Of a stretch of 64,000 nucleotides of DNA, positions 61,392 through 64,000 are shown in pieces (positions within the stretch are counted from its first letter, which is position 1; each line of letters begins with the position of its first letter). Below the pieces are notes generated by a model. It ran no database searches, had not been told where the DNA came from, and worked only from the letters and a program-made list of their open reading frames with translations. The stretch comes from an uncultured Candidatus Saccharibacteria bacterium (lineage in GTDB: Bacteria; Patescibacteriota; Saccharimonadia; Saccharimonadales; Saccharimonadaceae): positions 7,345 to 71,344 of the forward strand of contig CAMZAD010000003.1 of NCBI GenBank assembly GCA_947304155.1, read 5' to 3'. Both the position numbers and the translations under genes were made by a program.

Positions 61392-64000
61392 ACTGCGTAG
61401 CTCCTGTTTCTGAGATCAAAGTACTCGGTTTTATTTGGTAGGATTGCTGCAAGATTCTCGAAAGTTGAAGAAAGATTGAATGAAACATTTGTTTCACTCT
61501 TCTCTACTGGTGGTTCATACTCTGCAAGGAATTGATAATAATCGATAAGAGCAATAAACTCTTCGGCTTCTTCTTTAGTTTTACCGGTGTATCTTGCGAG
61601 TAAGCCAGCCTCACTGGTGTCGATTGGATTTTTCTCGTAGTATTCTTCTTTGTAGGCGGTAGTCGGGTTGACTATATTGCCGTTCTCGTCGGTAACTTCG
61701 TCGAGTTTCATTTGAGTAGCGATGCGCATATCTTCGGTATAGTGTTGGAGATAGACGAGCTCTTCGTAGTGTATATTGTTTTCTTTGTCTAGAACACACC
61801 ATTTACCAGTGGCCCAACCTTCATTTTCTATACTCATGTCTTCAACTGCATTAGCAATGTCAATAATGTCGTTTAGAATTGGAAGATTATCTCCAAATCC
61901 GATGCTAGTATTAAGAGCGTTGGCGATATTTGCATCGTAAATACCAAATGGCGAATCACGCTCGTCGCAGAACATGATTTTTTTAGCAAGAGTTGAACCA
62001 TTTTTTACTTTAATTCTGCCATTCGCATCTTTTACGGTGTTATTACTGATTACTTTTTGATATTCTGATTCATTATAAGTGGTATTAAAGAAGTTTGTAT
62101 CTGTAGCGGTGATTTCTACGCCATACATATCACAGGCGGCGCCAATTCCATCAAGATACTGGCAGGTTTCTTTGTCTCCAAAAACGGTGTCATAGGCAAC
62201 TTCGGCAGCAACCTTAGTATTTTCTTCTCCGTCTGCAAACACACTACTGCCGAGATTTGCAAGAATATGGCCGAAGGAATTTGTAGTGATGGTTGAGAAT
62301 GAGCGAGTGTTAGAGAGGAGTGGATTTTTGCTTGTTATAACAGCAAGTTTGCTGGCAATTGAACCAAGGAAGGTGTCTGGACTTGAAATATCGAACGGAC
62401 TCTTGTTTTTGCGCTCAAGCTCAGACTCGTAGTTGTTGGCAATGGCGGTGGTGTTGGCATATGCTGTGGCGACGGATTTTGTAGCAAGCATTTGACCTGA
62501 GGTGCTACGTGCAATCTTTTTATTTGAGAGAGCGGCACCTTCAACGAAGGTTTCGCCAGCAGGGATACCTGCGAGGCTTTCGGCGGTATTTTCAAAGAGG
62601 GTTTTAGCAATTTTTGGTATGAGCGCACTAAGCATACCAGTGATGGTTCCTGCTGCTGCGACATTAATAATTGTAGTTTTAGCAATTGTGGCGATAGATT
62701 TTATAAGACCGCCGCTAAGAATTCCAGCTACAATGCTAATTACAGCACTGGTGGCTTTAATGCCACCACAGGCTTTTACGCTTACTTTATTAATAGCAAA
62801 AGCTGTACCAGTGGCTAGGAAGGCAGATCCAATAGAGTAATTTTTTGTCTTTTTAATGTCTGGGTTAGCGCCGGCGAGAACATTAGCAAAGCCTTCTGCT
62901 TGAATTGGCGCACCGGTAACTGTTTTTTCTTCTCCATCTGTGACATCTACATAGGTTGTCGTGGCGGGCTCGTTAATAAAGTTTAAGAAGGCATTCATAT
63001 CGGCGGCGTTACCTTGGCCGGCTTTAGTCTTACTGACGTTTTCGATATCACCCATGAAGTAATTGATAGCTTGATAAATTTGGGCAGCAGCAATCGAAAC
63101 TGAGATCATATTGGCGATTCTTAGTGCCATACAGCCAGCAGCGGCAGTATTGGCGGCATGTCCAGCAACACGGCTAGCTGTGGTATCTAAAAAATTTCTG
63201 GCTTTATCCGTGGAGGATAATCTGGAATCTGAAGTGGTGTTACTAATACTTTCGCTGGCTATACGCTCCATAACTGGATTGCCATCACTGTCGAAGCGTG
63301 GGTTACCATCACTGTCGAGTGCCTGACGTTCAGAGAATGTGTCCCCTATCCCGGTGCTAGTAGAATTGTCAAAACGAGAGTTGCGAATTTTGTTGTATTC
63401 AGTTTTGTCACCAGTTTTGTAATTGCGGTAGATGTTGCGGGAAAGGCCGAGTTTAGTGAATGCAAAGGTGGCGCTGGCATCAAAGAAGTTTGAAGTGCGG
63501 CCACGTTTAGCTTTAGTGAAGGCTTCGCGGAAGGCAAGGTTAGTATCGTAGGTGTTTTTGAAGTTTGAAGAATCAATGGTTTGGCCTTGGAAGCTCAAGG
63601 TAAAACCCTCAGCTTTTGAACCATTAACTGTGACGCCTTGGGTTTCAAAGCGATCTTTGAGATATTTTGGAAAGTTGCCGCGTTTGCCGGCAAGAAGTTC
63701 TTCGGTGATACGGATGCTGTTTTCAGTGTATGAACCAAACATGGTATCGGTTGCACGAGTAATAAGGGTCTCAATCTGGTTGCCGAGTGAACCTACAAAA
63801 AGGAAGGCAATAGCAAGACCAGCGAGGGCGCCAATGATGGCGAGCAAAGCTGGAGATTTTTTGCCGAGGGATTTTAATTTGCCGCTTTTCTTTAAGTTTT
63901 TACTAAGAGCAGCGGAACGGGCGGCTTTGCTTCCCCGTCCAGTGTATTTGAAAGAATTTTCGATATCAGAAGCAGAGCTGGTTGATTTTTCTGGAGCTTC
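61388..64000 (-). CDS. Giant membrane protein (at least 870 aa, 5' end outside the window), unknown family; candidate channel/scaffold of a secretion or wall-breaching apparatus
   Basis: The reading frame stays open from 63847 to the window edge (…EAPEKSTSSASD…KSPALLAIIGALAG), so the ORF-track TTG start is probably internal. It has an N-terminal TM, central hydrophobic Gly/Ala/Ile-rich blocks, and a 4-nt overlap with the downstream hydrolase. Confidence 0.6.
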   Translation of the reverse strand, partial: EAPEKSTSSASDIENSFKYTGRGSKAARSAALSKNLKKSGKLKSLGKKSPALLAIIGALAGLAIAFLFVGSLGNQIETLITRATDTMFGSYTENSIRITEELLAGKRGNFPKYLKDRFETQGVTVNGSKAEGFTLSFQGQTIDSSNFKNTYDTNLAFREAFTKAKRGRTSNFFDASATFAFTKLGLSRNIYRNYKTGDKTEYNKIRNSRFDNSTSTGIGDTFSERQALDSDGNPRFDSDGNPVMERIASESISNTTSDSRLSSTDKARNFLDTTASRVAGHAANTAAAGCMALRIANMISVSIAAAQIYQAINYFMGDIENVSKTKAGQGNAADMNAFLNFINEPATTTYVDVTDGEEKTVTGAPIQAEGFANVLAGANPDIKKTKNYSIGSAFLATGTAFAINKVSVKACGGIKATSAVISIVAGILSGGLIKSIATIAKTTIINVAAAGTITGMLSALIPKIAKTLFENTAESLAGIPAGETFVEGAALSNKKIARSTSGQMLATKSVATAYANTTAIANNYESELERKNKSPFDISSPDTFLGSIASKLAVITSKNPLLSNTRSFSTITTNSFGHILANLGSSVFADGEENTKVAAEVAYDTVFGDKETCQYLDGIGAACDMYGVEITATDTNFFNTTYNESEYQKVISNNTVKDANGRIKVKNGSTLAKKIMFCDERDSPFGIYDANIANALNTSIGFGDNLPILNDIIDIANAVEDMSIENEGWATGKWCVLDKENNIHYEELVYLQHYTEDMRIATQMKLDEVTDENGNIVNPTTAYKEEYYEKNPIDTSEAGLLARYTGKTKEEAEEFIALIDYYQFLAEYEPPVEKSETNVSFNLSSTFENLAAILPNKTEYFDLRNRSYAV

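Overview
Gene-dense bacterial chromosomal segment (short intergenic regions, many overlapping or abutting genes, standard genetic code, low-to-moderate GC by eye) that spans the replication origin: rpmH is divergent from dnaA-dnaN-recF, and DnaA-box clusters lie on both sides of dnaA. The envelope genes look monoderm. They include an LCP ligase, an LPXTG-like sorting signal, an LGFP-repeat wall protein, a PMT-type protein mannosyltransferase and a galactofuranose (glf) glycopolymer locus with Wzm/Wzt ABC export. Together with a type IV pilus minor-pilin operon and the compact layout, this fits a reduced, possibly epibiotic lineage such as Saccharibacteria/CPR. That assignment is inference only and cannot be proven from this window. 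Housekeeping genes recognised from motifs: uppP, dnaK (with two CIRCE operators), a Mur ligase, pta, galE, glf, a SufS-like desulfurase, rnpA, jag, yidC, rpmH, dnaA, dnaN, recF, and two CAU-anticodon tRNAs (initiator-like and Ile2-like). No rRNA, CRISPR array, transposase or integrase was seen. The most interesting regions are: (1) a minus-strand operon of four pilin-like genes headed by a 1314-aa secreted Cys/Thr/Tyr-rich protein of unknown family; (2) next to recF, a tandemly duplicated, translationally coupled pair (secreted two-domain peptidoglycan hydrolase plus small membrane-anchored protein) downstream of a giant membrane protein that runs off the window, resembling the VirB6-like/hydrolase/VirB8-like core of monoderm type IV secretion systems or an effector-immunity arrangement; (3) a recurrent TATAAT-N6/7-ATG layout suggesting widespread leaderless mRNAs; (4) several apparently catalytically degenerate enzyme homologues. 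All protein calls rest on motif recognition by eye. No database search was possible.
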